Source of the DNA: Paraspadella gotoi
Taxonomy: Eukaryota > Animalia > Chaetognatha
Assembly (NCBI GenBank): GCA_051294375.1
Contig: CM119263.1
Span: forward strand, 16,346,532 to 16,410,531
Length of the DNA: 64,000 nucleotides
Reading direction: 5' to 3'
Shown here: piece by piece, positions 11,438-24,472 of the stretch
Layout of the letters: every line of letters begins with the position of its first letter
How positions within the stretch are numbered: position 1 is the first letter of the stretch
Program-made: the position numbers and the translations under genes
The notes under the pieces: generated by a model
What the model was told of the DNA's origin: nothing
The model's input: only the letters and a program-made list of their open reading frames with translations
Databases searched by the model: none

Positions 11438-14400
11438 GCTTTATACGTATATACCGTAGTCAGGGGCGGCGAGAGAAATGGCCCCCCTGGCAGGGGCCCT
11501 GCTCTCCGACTTTCTGCTTTGAGAATTGCTCCAATGCTCAAACTTCTGCCTCCTCTTCTTTTTTTTTTTCTTTTTTTCTTCTTTCCTACTTTTTTCTCTC
11601 TTCTCAGGGCCATCCCGGGCCCCCCTGGGGCCCGGGCCCTCCGCCTGAGGTGAATGAAACCCCCCCTCTCGCCGACCCTGACCGTAGTTATACAGTTACG
11701 TTTCTCAACAGCCTAGCAGTTTTGGTTTTCTCTCCGTAGTTTTTTAAGGAGTGTTGTACCAATATGATAATGAATTTTTCTCACCTTTTCTGAATTTATA
11801 CTCGATCTCAAAACCGCGAGGCCTTTTCCGATTTTGTCCAAATCTCTCAGGCAGCGACGTGAATTCGACTCGCATTACATTGTTCGCCGACATCAACATG
11901 AGAGGTTGACCCGGGTATCTAAAACAATCGTGGTAAAATTGTACATTCACTGTTTAGTGTTCAGTATGAGAAAGGTTACAAACGTCGAATTTAGCAAAAA
12001 AAACTACTTTTTCCAATATTGTTCAGTAGTTACTTACAATATTAATTTAATTTGTACTACAATACAAATCGGCCAAACTAGGGATTGGTTAAAATCATTT
12101 CCACCTGTTTCTAATGATAAAAAAGTACAATTTTTGCTACATTTAAAATTATATCCATTTTTGTTCATTTTCACTTTCGTCTTATAATTTGAATGCCAAG
12201 GAAAGTTGATAAATTTATTTTACTTTAGAAATCCGTTATACCTTATCTTCTTCACCTCTGGGTTAATTTATTTCCTTAAATAATTTTTAGTTTGCTTATG
12301 AATTAATTTTAAAGTTAACAAGTCAAAAAGTTTTATTTTCAGTTTTTATCATAATTTGTTAAACGAAAATTGTTCAAATTGGTTTAAATTAACAGAAAAT
12401 ATAACCTATTGAATAAGTTTTTAATACTTACAGAATTATCAAAAAAACCTGTTTCGTTGAGCCACAAAAAATTTTTAAAGACGGCTATTAATTTAAGACT
12501 TTTTGTGACTTGCATTTATTTTTAATAAAGAGAATATTTTCAACTCATTTATTAGTTTTAAAAGATGATATACATACTGACGTTGATTAATAAAAAAAAA
12601 CCGCGTCCTTTTAAACCAATAGAAAGCGTCAGGACTTGTTTTTTCTCAGAATCAACAGGTTTTGCCGAATGATTTGTCGATTACTCATTAATTTATTCAT
12701 CTTTGTTATTTCAAATGTTAGATTAAGTTTTTCCAAATTTATCTTTGTTGTACATTATCAAAAATGTAACTATTTTTTTCTCTCTCTCACATTTCACCAT
12801 TTCAATTTATCTTCTTCTTCTTCTCCTTACCTTCACCTGTCCTCACATCTGACCACTATCCTTAACTCAATTTTTGTAGAGAAATTTTGTTCCAAAACCA
12901 AACGCTGATGAAGACTCGAACCATAGAGTCCAAACATGTTTATTATTATTATATATAAAATCGTTGTTTTTTGCAATTTTTATCATAAAATTAATTTTAA
13001 AATAGATTGTTTTTAATATTTATTATTAAAATGCTATATTTGGCAGCAATTAAATAAATATTTTTATATAAAAGTAATGCAAATTTATTTCCAACCTTTT
13101 TATATGTTTAATTCTATTGTAATTTTGTTAATTCTATATTGTAAACACCGGTCAGAAAAAAAAGTGTCAGCAATACTAACCTTTGGAAATCACTTTTTCC
13201 CCAATTCCATTTTGAGACTCTGACTTTAAAGTCTTGCTATATTCTACTGCCTGAACCAATTCAAATTTTTCTTGCACCAATCAATAGCTCTTTAAAAGAG
13301 CTATACTTTTCATGTACATGGTGACCATTTTACAAGCGCCGTTAAAAAAATGCTGTCATTTTCAAACCAGTGGTTATTTCATTGATTTTAAAAATTGGTT
13401 GAGTAGAAAATATTAAAACTATTTATATGTTAAAATTTTATATTGATCAGTTAAGATATGCCTTGACAATGAGTGGAGAAAGTTGGCTTGTAAAATCGGG
13501 TTTCATTTTCCAACTAACTATTATTAAATTAAATTTTTTTCTCTTACTTTCAGTAAGTTTTATGAAGAAATTTGAAATAAAATAATATTAATATTATTAT
13601 TTTCTGAAAGCCTTTTCAAATCTAAAGAGAATGAGGTACTTACAAATACTGTAGTATAAAATTTAACCGGGCCAGCTTTAATTTAATTAGGATATTCAAA
13701 AACAAGACATCTTTCCATCTTTCTGGAGGGTAAATTTAAGATTTTTATCAAATTGTGATTGGTTATCTTAAATTTTTTTTCATGCTCTTTCATGATATTT
13801 ATATAAATAATAATATTTTTTGATATAATAATTTAAACAGGTCATATATTTTTTAAAAAATTTAAAATTTTAGATAATTCACTTTTAACTCTTTTAATTA
13901 AACCAAGGCTTGGTAGCTTAATTTTTATGTTAAAGCTTTTGTAAGTATGAAAATTTTCAAATTACTTGTTTCACTATTTTTTATTTTTTATTTTTATATT
14001 TTATGAAAGATTTACCATTTAATCTATATTCTTTAAATATATATATATTGCTTTCTTAAAAATTTTTTACTTATCATTATATCTAATAACTCATTTTGGG
14101 AATGGGAAGTCAGTGTTGTCTTCTGGAAATAGAGGGAGCATCTACACAACACAAGGTTAGATTACAATCTGTCCTAGTTTTCTAATAGATATCACACATC
14201 ATTCCTGTTAGAAAGTCATTAATGAAAAATCATAATATCTAATAGGCTGAACAGAAAGGGGTGGGAATGGATAATTTTTTGATGGGGGACCAAAGTTATA
14301 TATGATTTTTTTTTAAAAACTAATAGGGATAAGACTACAAAGTAGAATTGTATGTTCTGATAGGGATACATACTGGGGAAAGGTCTATAGGGGCACCTTT

Positions 14401-17400
14401 ATGTCATGAATATAATTTTAAAATACTTTAATGAAAATAAATTTTTTCCTTTATCCTAATTTTTAATTATTCTATTTCTGAATATATTTTATCTATTATG
14501 TTTATACAATGGGAAGGTCATCAGTTGGGAACCTATACCCTTCATGGATTTCGGCTCTTTAATCCCAATATCCAGGTATAGGCGAGCCATCACCAAATGG
14601 TGATCCTTCATTGTTGCTTATCCTATTTTTTAAAGATATATTTTTAATGTTTATCTTACACAGACCAAAGCCCTGGTATCACAGCATTATTAATTTTTAT
14701 ATATATTTTTATATATTATTCTCTTCATTTTTTAAAGGGCTTTCTGAAGATATTAATATTGCTAATATCTTAATAAATAGTTTGTTTAAAAAATGCTAAA
14801 AGTTGAAAAAAAAATTTAAAAACAGTGAGTTGGAAAATGAAACCCGAGTTTACAAGTTAACTTTCTCCACTCATTGTCAAAGCATATCTTAACTGATCAA
14901 TATAAAATTTGAATACATAAATAATTTTTATATTTTCTACTCAACTAATTTTTAAAATCAATGAAATAACCACTGGTTTGCAAATGACAGCGTTTTTTTA
15001 CCGGCGCTTGTAAAATTGTCACCATGTACATATATTTTTTTAAAATTAAAAAAGAATTAGTGGTGTATTTAAAGCTACCTAGTTGCTACTTTTTTTTGCG
15101 CCGCAGTGTGGGTTTATCTTTACAGATAAAAATAAATGCACCTTGGGTTTAAGTGGTCGGTGCCGCATATTTTGTGCAGCTCCACCTCGCGGCCGTTATT
15201 CTCTGAATAGAAAGCGACGTTGTCGATGTCGTGACAGTCGCTGGAGAGAGAAACGATGAAATTAACAACTGTACTTGGGTCAAAAAAGCGTCATATTATG
15301 GTTTTCCCCGAGAAATACGGAGACTCACAGTCCGTCGAGGAGCTCGTCCCCTGGGACAAAGAGATCCAAACTTTTCACGATCGCCTGTACGCGCTCTCCT
15401 TTGTTTGCCACCAGCCTGCCGAGGAGGCGAAAAAAAAGTTTATCAGGCTTAGTTAAACGATTTTAAATGAATAACTTTTTCTTCGTATGTCAACCAACCT
15501 TAGTGAACATCCTTCGCCCGGGACATACTGGTCGGGAAACTTCGGACTTCGCACGTATTTTAAAACTTTGAAGCCGTCCTGACTCGTTGTCACGGGGCAA
15601 TTTGACACTTATAATAAAGAAATAAATACCATGATGGAAAAAAAATTGTCGCGGTTTGGAAAAGTCGGTTAATTTTATTATATTTTTTTGACCGTTAAAT
15701 AAGTTTTAATAGGTTTTTTTCGTAATATGACCTTTTTTAGGACTGAATAAAAATATTATTTTTTAACAACATAAAATTATTTATTAAATACAATTACTTC
15801 CAAAAAATGTTGTCTCTAACTGTTTTTATATTTTTTTGATCAAAAGGATTATTCATATTATTATTAATATTATATCTCTGACATAATATTTTTTATCAGA
15901 TTTTAGGGTTTTGGTCTTTGGTAAGCAGGAAAAGGATTGATCCCTTATAAAGTAAACCAGGTTTGAGTAGTTGCTGCATAATAAGATGATGCATTGTTTT
16001 TCCTTTTAATAAAATCTTTGATTTTTTTAAAAACTTGTTTGATACTTTGTTTTGATAATATATCCAAAGGTAGATAAAAATGATAACTTTGTTGACAAAA
16101 AAATTACTCGGAGCTTTATAATTTTAATTGATACTTTATAATATAAAAAAAATATTCCAGAGCATTTATAGCATCAATATATTTTTAATATTTTTTTTTA
16201 ATTTATGAATTAAGATTTACCCCTAAATCTTTTCTAATGAAGATGATGCAACAACCATTTGACATAAGACTGAAAAAAGGTAGGGATTTTTTATAATAAT
16301 GGTTTAATTAAAAAAGTAATAAAAAATAACTGGAAATTAATATAAATAAAAAGTGTAGATATGAAAAAGATAAAAAAGAAAAAAACATTTTTTTGGACAA
16401 CTCATTTTCTTTTGCATGGAACTCTTATATTTTTTGTCGTACATTAATAAGATATAGCTTATATGAATTACAAGAGGCCAAAGTTTTTTTATATTTAAAT
16501 TTCGATTCTTGCCAAAAAATAGTTGGAAAGTAACCGCGACAATTTTTTTTTCCATCATGGTATAATGAAATTGATAGCGTGTACTCTTACGGGGTTTATG
16601 GTGGACAAATGAAGTTCTGACGAGTGACATAAAAAAATCTTTACTATACTTTAAATATTTAATAAATATAATTCATAAGTATATAATTAGTTGGAGAACT
16701 ACTGAACGTTTTTTGTGCATAAGTTTTATTTTGTGTTTAATTGACGAAAAAATATTATTTTAGGCATTTTCTTGATTGCCTTAAAAAAAAATTTTACATC
16801 ATGAAAAATCCCTATCCCTACCTTATTAATAGCGTATCTGAATTATCATAATATTTAGAAATTTTTTTGTAATAATTTTTATTTATTTTTTTATTTGTAA
16901 ATCTTAAGTTTTCTTTGTCCAATTAGAAAAAATACTGTCTTGAGCATGTTTTTGACAGTCTTGAATAATTATTTTATATCATAAGGATTCTCATTTAATT
17001 CTTCATTTAATGGTATAAATAAATTTCAATAATTTTGAGTAAATAATGAGTAATTAATTTATGATTTTTATCTCGCCAGATGGGCTAAAGCATTGTCACG
17101 CTTTTTTACCATTACAAATTATAAAAGTGTGTAACTATAGGAAGTTAAAAATTTAAATATAACTTTTATTAGCTTCATATTCTTAGTATTCTTACACTCA
17201 TTTGTTTGTTTTATTTACAAAAAATTTATATATATATAAATTAGTTCAACTTTCCAGCGGCTATCCAGTGGCTATCCAGTTCTTTTTTAGATATGTCTTT
17301 TTTTTTTTCTTTCGTTGCTAATTTGTTTAAAAATGAGTTCAGCTATGCAGCGGCTGACCAGTAGCTATCCAGCTTCTTTTTATTTTTTTTTTCTCTTTCT

Positions 17401-20400
17401 CTCTTTCATTCATACATACATGTTTTATTTATGATAAATTATTTATTGCGTTAATGGTTATCATCACATCAATTATTTGGTTATCATCGCATCAATTATT
17501 AATTATCATAGTATTAATATTTGGTTATCATTATATCAATAATTAGTTTTTATCACATCAATAATTAGTTATTGTCATATAAATAATTGGTTGTTATCGC
17601 AGCTATTAATTATTATTATATTTTTAAATTATTATTATATCAATCAATCAATTATTATATCAATAAATAAATTACTATTATATCAATCATTTATAATTAC
17701 TATTACTATTATTATTATATTATTCAATCAGTTACTATTATGTCAATCAATCAATTACATAAATTATTTAATTACTATTATATCAATTACTACTATTAAA
17801 TCAATCAATCAATTACTATTAAATCAATCAATTAATTATTATTATATCAATCAATTATTATTATATCAATCAATTATTATTATATCAATCAATTAATCAA
17901 TCAATTACTATACATCAATCAATCAATTACTATTATATAAATAATAATAAATAAAATTATTGTATTATTCATTTATTTTTTTCTCGGATTTTTCATTAAT
18001 TTTCTTTGATAGTAACGTCTGGCGAGATCACTATACTTTTAAAGATTCAGTTTTTTACAGAAGACGAAAATGGAAGACCATTAAAAAAGGGTTGTTTTAA
18101 AACTTTTACATAAGTAAATATAAAATAAATTAATTTTATGTAATTAAAATATAATAAACGTCCAGTACTTTGATATAAAATGAAAGAAGACAATTTAAAA
18201 AATATTCATCCAATGAGAAAGGGTACGCATTTTTTTGGTGTCACTCGCGAACGGACAAGGGGCGAGTCCGATTTATTAAAGTTGCAGGGTAAAAAATTGC
18301 TTTTGCAAGTATTATTACAATGATAAGATTAAAAAGCAAATTATTTATCAATACATTAATGATATTGCGAGAGGTACACAGTAGAAAATACTTGTACTTG
18401 AGGGAGGATAAAAATTTGCTAGGACTGGGCAGACGTCAATGAATAGTAATCATGCTAACTAAATAAATTGGGGTGAGTTAAAAAAAAAAATTTCATCGTA
18501 CTCGATTTTCGCGGATATTCACCAATTTTCGCTTGAGAAAATTGATCAGTGGTTGGAGTTTCCTCTGTAGGGTTTGAGTCAGTGTACCACAGAGTGTAGA
18601 TATCTGTAAGTGCAAGAAGCAAGGTTAAATTTAGGTTTAGGTCATAGAATTGAAAATCGTTTCACAGTAGAAAAAATGAGCTAATAATATTTCATAAGAC
18701 TTGCCGTAAGTGGGGAATACTTGGCTCGGTTTTGGCACCGTGAAGGTTGTCACTGGAAATTCGTCGTCAAAAGTATACATCGCGGCGAATCCCTGAATCA
18801 AAACGTACTTTGTGAGTTGCTTTCCTTCTGTGTTACAAACCAGAAACCTCAAAGACAAAGTGCTAAAATGATAAACGCTTTTCGACCATACTCTTCGTAT
18901 TCACTTGAGCATTTCCGTTGGTGTCGGTGAGAAACTCGACCGTCATGAAATTCGAAGTTGACCTTTGAAAAAAAAAAGGCTCGATAACTAAATTTGAATA
19001 GACTTACTAATTTTAATCTAGTTATTGAATAATCTCGTTGACAACCCACTTTACCTGAACTCGACCATGGATGCCCTCCCGCACAACTTGCCCAACTCTG
19101 GCGCGGAGATGGTGGATCCGTCATAGAGTACGAGCCTGTCCGCGCTTTTCCAGCAACTGCGGCAACTCGCGATGGTCGAGGGCAAGTTCAAGCAAATGGC
19201 GCGTGGATGGAAAGAAAGACGCCGAGTTTCAGCGCGAGTTGGGAGATAAGAGGCCAGAAAAGGGAAGAGAAAAAAAAGAGCGGAGGAACAGTTGGTGTGT
19301 CGGTTTTTGTTTGTCACTTTGAAAATCTGATTCTTTCTTCTCTTTAATAAAGATTTGTTACTCACTCGTCCTCCGTAGGCCGCCATCCGTTGAGCACTGT
19401 TTCCTTCAGAATTCGTTGTTGAATGCTGAAAGTGCAATAAAAAATTTACGTAAAAAGCAGTGAGAATTGTATAAAGTTTTATAATTTTTTTAAATGTAGT
19501 ACTAATTCGATAATATTTCTTAAATATTCGTTTTATTGCAGAAAAAAAAACATCTCCGTCGCACTCACCTTCCCTTAGAATTGAGGGTGACGCGCTGAAA
19601 AAGGATTCGGACCACCTGTCCCCGTTTGGCTTTGAAACTGTAAACGCACTGTATTCCGTTGGGGTAATTGTTGGGGTATTTGGGTGAGAAGAAATGCCCC
19701 GTGGTGGAGTCTTTTACGTCGAATTTGTACTGTGAAAAAGGGAAGGCAAGTTAACGAAATATCCATAGTTTTTGATTTCTCTGTCCGAATATGCCACCAC
19801 AAATCGTTAACCTGACATTGGTTAGGATTCGTCGGACCCTGCGACACGGCGCTTCCGAAGAATCCGTTTCGGGATGGCTTCATTCGAAGATATCCTGCAA
19901 GAATTTTTAGTCGGATCTGCTTATCGCTGATTCAGACTCAATAATTCACTTTGTCGGTACTTCGGTCCCACCCCAAAATCTTGTCGGTAAATAATTTTTA
20001 TCATATTAGAACATCAAATTATGATAAATTATGCCGAAAAAAAGAAATCCGTACGACCGGCCGTCCTTCAATTACTCGTGATTGGATGGATTGATTGGAA
20101 TGAAATTTTGTTTGGGTAGGAAAGTCTATTTTTACTTATATAGTTATATTTACTCATAATTATTATATTTATTAAAAATTGGATAAGATAAATGGAAATG
20201 AAATTTTGTTTGAGCGTAGGAAAGCACGTGATTAAGCTGGATATACATTTTTGATGGAATCGTAGAAGTGGAAAAGAGTTTAAATTAGAAGACCAAAAGG
20301 CACATTTATTGAATTTTTAAAAGTTTCTCTCTATCTCTCTCTGATCGATTGACCAAATTATGCCAGTTGACCAAATTATTCAAGCGACCAAATTATGCCA

Positions 20401-23022
20401 GTTGACAAAATTATGCTAGTTGACTAAAATATGCCAGCTGACCAAATTATGCCAGTTGATTAAATTGTGCAAGTTGATCAAATTGTGCAAGTTGGTATTG
20501 GCGCAGCTACTGTTAATGATTGATAGATCAATTGATTGATAGATTTTTTTATAGATTTATTAATTACTCTGTTATGATTTGTTATTTTACAATTTATTAT
20601 AATCACAAATTGAAAGTAAAAAAAAATTGACCGTGATTTATCATCGGATTAGCTTATCACCGCTTAATTATCGTAGATCCGATCCGACTCAAACTTGCTC
20701 AAACTTGTTTTTTAGATACTGGTACAGATTGGTCGATTGGTTTTTTCCTCAGTCAAATTTTAGCGAATAGTTTTACGTATCATTGCTTCCAAATTAATCT
20801 ACTTTGTTTTTCTCTCTCTGTCTCCGCATACTTTTCGGGAGAAACTTGAACTGCCCCTTGAATCCCGACGAGTTTGAAAAGTGGCTGTCCGAGTGAAACT
20901 CGAAGACGAGGTTTGGCGTGGAAGAGTGATGATAGGCGAAGACGTTTGTCTCCAACCGGCCGCAGAAGAGATCGTCCCACCGATCGAACTCGTTGACGCC
21001 CGGTTTTGGGAGATGAAGGAACATCTTCACGTAGTCACGACAACGCTGTGACTTGTCGGGGCCCTGTTTGGGAAGGTTCGGAAAAGAGAGAGAAAGGAGA
21101 TCACGATAAAACTAAAAAAAAAAAAAAAAAAAACTAATCAATAATTACTATGAAACTGAACAAACGTATTTCAAACTGCTTCAGATGACCACGAGTCGGT
21201 AGTCCATTCACCACTGGCTTCGATATGAACTAATTCGAAACTAGGAAATGATAGAAACGGAGACTAGATATTTTTCGGACTCGAAATTCATCTCGGAACG
21301 CCGGATTCGTCGAAATGCGCGCCACTTTCGGTCACGTCGTCGCTGGCGTCCTCGCACTCGCTTCCGGAGCCTCGGCCATCATTTGGCGTTCGAGCAAGCC
21401 GGGGGAGAAGTGAGTGAAGGTGTTGCATGGAGGAGGGAGTGAAATGAGAAGAGGACATATGGGCCACGGGCCGGCATTTTAATTAGAGAATGCAGTGATA
21501 GAATGGCCGAAGATTTTTTTTTTGTTTTTTTGTTTTTTTTTTTGCTTTTTATGAGCAATGTATAAAAATCTTGTTACGTAAAAATAGAAAAAAGATCCTG
21601 GTAAGGGTAGAAAAACTTTTTATTATGAATCCCTGAGCACCCTTAACCTTAACTACCCCTAATCCCTAACCAACCTTAAACCAAGTGCTCACCCTTTAAA
21701 AAATATAACATGTTACATGTAAACCTTCATTAGCGCAAAAACGAATTGATTAGTGAAACAAATATTTTCATAGACTTTAAGTTTGAAGAGAGAAAGAGAA
21801 AGTGTGTAAAAATATTTGTTTCACAAATCAATTCGTTTTTGTGCTGATGAAAGCTTACATTAAATTTGTTTCTTTATAAAACTCATACATTAACAAACAA
21901 TTAACAATTAACAAATAATTCGACGCTAGAAGGAAAATAAAATTAAATGGATTAACAAAGCACCGATCGGTGGTACTTCAGGTTGGTTGCGGTCGTCGAT
22001 TAGTAAAGTTACCCGAAAAAGTAACGAAGCAAGCCTACGCCTTCACGGATATACGACTCGTTTACAAGAGATTGTTTTAAATGTTTCAGAGTCGGATTCG
22101 ATATCGTCTGTGGACTCGCAATAGCCTCCGCTATTCTTTGCATCATCTTTGGTCTATACGCCCTCTATGTCGCGCATAAGAAAAAGGTTTTCTTTTAGCC
22201 TTTTTCGAAATGAATCTTTAAAATTATTATTATACAATTAAAACTGTTTTTCCTGAAATATATCTTTAAAATTTTCTGATTTTCGAACGAAAGCTTCTAA
22301 AAGTTAGAAAGTGAATTTATGTGAATGCAAATTTGAAGAACGAAAACCGTTTTATTTTTGTTTTTTTGTTTTTAATCACCAATTGCATTTCGTTTTGTTT
22401 CATTTTCAGAAGAAAGAAAAGAATGAAGCGGAAGAGGGCGAAGCTTAAAAGTCGCGAATCTTTAAACTATTTTTGTTCGTTCACGAATTTACTGTTTATT
22501 AATTTAAAATTGTATTTAGCAAATAAATTTTTGATTTTAATTGATTAATTGATTGATGTATGATTGTGAATATTTACCATATGTTTTACGTAACCTAACG
22601 TATACGATCGAGCTGCCGAGCAAAGCGTGTCAAATTGGCGACAGCAATAACCAGACTGAAATCATAAAGAAAACATACTTGTACATCGAACTCCAAAAAT
22701 TTGAGCTGCACAATCTCGTTGATGTCTCCCGCGAAAGTGTAAAGGATGCATCCGATGTCGCTCCGGTATGGCTCTGGGAAGTTTGGTGAGGTAAAGTAGC
22801 CTGCTGTTCCGGGTCCGTGAGATTCATATATCACACAGTGGCACACTGAAAAATATAAAGAGAGATTAAAGCTTTTCGTTTCCACAGCCTTAAGCTTTCA
22901 CGTAAAATTTTCGCCTTACTAGGACTGATGTCCGCCTTTGACAATTGAGAGAATAGGAGGAAGAGTGTGAGAATCGGACGAGGAGTTGCGACGTCGATTA
23001 CGAAGCCCATGCTTCGCGCCAT
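5209..23022 (-). CDS. sol-1: Multi-exon four-CUB-domain protein, SOL-1 (suppressor of lurcher)-like glutamate receptor auxiliary protein; signal-peptide exon 23022-22920, CUB exons from 22845 down to ~6641, probable last exon 5465-5209
   Basis: Phase-consistent exons give MARSMGF...LTLFLLFSQLSKA (signal peptide). CUB1: CHCVIYES...GYFTSPNFPEPY...CILYTF...CRDYVKMFL...FCG...LVFEFHSD...GFKGQFKF. CUB2: GHFFSPKYPNNYPNGIQCVYSF...DRLVLYDG...LCG. CUB3: VRSPKFPDQY...ICG...MRVEFTS...GFEIEYKF. CUB4: GTIHSPNYPGFYPRNTVCNYNF...SDYVIFSN...FCG...GFSANYEF. The gene name rests on the four-CUB architecture and recalled motifs, not on a search. Confidence 0.8.
6088..6154. repeat. Near-perfect ~65-bp palindrome flanked by TTAA
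   Basis: taaagactgataatgacaatcc-tcatgctctgg-g-ccagagcat-ag-ggattgtcattatcagtcttta. Confidence 0.85.
7000..7640 (+). repeat. ~640-bp AT-rich dispersed repeat; second copy at ~12005-12660
   Basis: Colinear similarity from ttttccaRtattgttcagt to aaaccaatagaaagcgtcagga...ctcagaatc. Confidence 0.8.
7795..7933 (-). repeat. GC-rich structured dispersed repeat (copy 2, sol-1-like intron)
   Basis: Reverse complement of 28248-28380. Confidence 0.8.
8025..8063 (-). ncRNA. Degenerate hammerhead motif
   Basis: Reverse complement reads cg CTGATGA a ggttt-gtaacc-aaacc AAAAC ATGT a; G12 is mutated. Confidence 0.45.
8234..8275 (-). ncRNA. Degenerate hammerhead motif
   Basis: Reverse complement reads gcg CTGATGA a ggttt-acattg-aagtc GAAAaatattc g; helix III is mutated. 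Confidence 0.5.
9091..9125 (+). mobile_element. Tc1/mariner-like terminus (orphan end)
   Basis: TA|CAGTCCTGTGCAAAAAAAAGAGGACA interrupts, exactly at a TA, a copy of the 45.5-46.3 kb repeat unit (9028-9090). The partner end was not found. Confidence 0.5.
9287..9425. repeat. Long imperfect palindrome built from GGCGA/TCGCC motifs; related motifs at 10410-10490
   Basis: ggcgaaatcgccataac...ctagatgtagttc...aaatcgccaa pairs with ttggcgattt...gaactacatctag...gttatggcgaattcgcc. Confidence 0.8.
9437..10340 (+). repeat. Interstitial telomere-like array: TTAGGG blocks alternating with three related GC-rich spacers
   Basis: Repeated (TTAGGG)1-2 blocks with spacers gaggcacggagatgtacgggaggc..., gggcccgtggttgatgcatcgaaggcgg and gagaggcatggagttgaacgggaggcttgg. 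Confidence 0.9.
11461..11680. mobile_element. hAT-type MITE (220 bp)
   Basis: TIRs CAGGGGCGGCGAGAG / CTCTCGCCGACCCTG with a perfect 8-bp TSD ACCGTAGT (11453-11460, 11681-11688). Confidence 0.9.
12902..12940 (+). ncRNA. Degenerate hammerhead motif with a different stem II
   Basis: cg CTGATGA a gactc-gaaccata-gagtc CAAAC ATGT t; perfect 5-bp stem II, G12 mutated. Confidence 0.5.
13146..15108. mobile_element. ~2 kb non-autonomous DNA transposon with long subterminal inverted repeats and CAC...GTG ends
   Basis: 13311-13520 is the reverse complement of 14825-15030. The ends CACCGGTCAGAAAAAAAAGTGTCAGCAA and TTGCTACTTTTTTTTGCGCCGCAGTG are imperfect inverses. A fragment of the arm recurs at ~50640-50765. 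No clear TSD, so the superfamily is uncertain. Confidence 0.7.
15629..16560. mobile_element. TA-flanked non-autonomous DNA transposon (Tc1/mariner-like MITE)
   Basis: TIR CCATGATGGAAAAAAAATTGTCGCGGTT and its reverse complement at the right end, with TA on both sides. Confidence 0.8.
17450..17950 (+). repeat. Low-complexity (ATCA/ATT)n satellite; similar tract at 30520-30760
   Basis: Repeating atcaatcaattattattat units. Confidence 0.8.
20348..20495 (+). repeat. 18-bp minisatellite (gaccaaattatgccagtt)n; related array at 44875-45020
   Basis: About 8 units. Both arrays are followed by gtattggcgcagctactg and ...cgtgatttatcatc...cttaattatcgtag...gatccgac, so they belong to one repeat family. Confidence 0.75.
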
Positions 23023-23904
23023 CTGCCATCTGAACAAGTTAATAGTGCTTCTATCGTCATTCAACGTTGATTACTTGATATTCTCTGCCATGGCCCAAGA
23101 ATAATTGATATCTTTTGTTTCTCGGTTTTTATATTTTGCACAAAATGTTTTTTCATCCAAAATTTCACTCACCCGAAATCTGTCTTTTCATTGGGAAGGA
23201 TGAGCAAAGATCAAGAACGAGCGCGGCAAGTCCAGCGACGGAAACAATGACAAATATTTCACTGCTCGAGTTTCCGTCATTTTATTTACAATTAAAATTC
23301 ATTTGACGAAAATGTTCCAGTTCATTTTGTGGTCAGATCATTGTTTTGAATCGAAGGAATGCTCTGGTTTTTCCTGACATTGTGTCAAATATCAATTCTT
23401 TATGATCGTGCCGGACCATCTGCAATGAAACATAATTTGGTAATGACAATATAAAGTTAATTTAAAATACGAATCTGTAAACGTGAGAGCTGGAGCTTGA
23501 GAGAGAGAGAGAAAGTAAATTAAGAGAGGTTATCAGGCATGTTTTAATAATGACTAAATAAAGAAAGTTACGTCATCTACAAACTGTAATTAACTTAATT
23601 GCTTGGAACAATTTATTTTTACATTCGCCGAACGGGATTTTGCGGTCGGTTATTTTTTTTTTCGCTTCTTATGAGCGACTTATATAGAAATCTCGCTACG
23701 CAAAAAAAAAAAGAGATTTATAAGGGTAGAAAAGCTTTTTATTAAAAATTCCTAACCAACCCAAACCCTAACCAGTAACCACCCCCTAATCCCTAACCAA
23801 GCTTAGCCCAAATGCTAACCGTTTAAAAAATCTAACAAAAATATTGTTTTTCCTTTCCTTTCCTTGCTTGTTTACGAAGAACGAGTTTTAAAAAGAAACA
23901 AATT

Positions 23905-23945
23905 TCGGACATGTTTCGGCTTCAATGTAAACCATCATCATCGCA
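23905..23945 (-). ncRNA. Degenerate hammerhead motif (left arm of the same inverted repeat)
   Basis: Reverse complement reads gcg ATGATGA t ggttt-acattg-aagcc GAAACATGTC cg; C3 is mutated. Confidence 0.55.
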
Positions 23946-24009
23946 AAAACGAATTAATTTGTAAAAAAAATATTTTCACAAACTTTCACAAACAAATCAA
24001 TTCGTTTTT

Positions 24010-24050
24010 GTGCTGATGAAAGCTTACATTGAAGCTGAAACATGTCCGAA
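24010..24050 (+). ncRNA. Minimal hammerhead ribozyme motif (right arm of an inverted repeat)
   Basis: gtg CTGATGA a agctt-acattg-aagct GAAAC AT GTC cg; core intact. Confidence 0.72.
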
Positions 24051-24234
24051 ATTTGTTTCTTTATAAAACTCGTACGTAAACAATTCATTTTCTACCTCAA
24101 ACAGGAAAATACCAATTAAAATAAATTTAAAACAATTATTATTTATTATAAAATGATAAAATTTGTATTACTGAACAAAAAAAATGTATATTAATGCGCA
24201 AAGTGAGACTCGACGCTAGAAGGAAAACAAAAAT

Positions 24235-24472
24235 AATGAAGAGACAGTGATAATTGATAAGTGTTAATGACAGAACCGTTCAATATAAGCAGTCCCTGAG
24301 CTTCGGATCAGGCTGTAACAACATGTTACAGGCGGGTTAAGCGCCCCGTCCCTCTAAACTGCTAGGCGACCACCGGGCTAGAACCCCGGACCTTTGGGTT
24401 GGGAGGCGAATGACTTGCCTCCGGCACCAATGGCCGCTGATGAACGGTTAGTGGATTTTAGTCCACCATAAT
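24235..24472 (-). mobile_element. tRNA(Gly)-derived SINE-like insertion
   Basis: Reverse complement contains gcggccattggtgccggaggcaagtcattcgcctCCCaacccaaaggtccggggttctagcccggtggtcgcc (acceptor-like stem, B-box-like GGTTCTAGCCC). The segment is absent from the paralogous sequence at 21920-22020 and is flanked by ATAAT. Confidence 0.65.
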
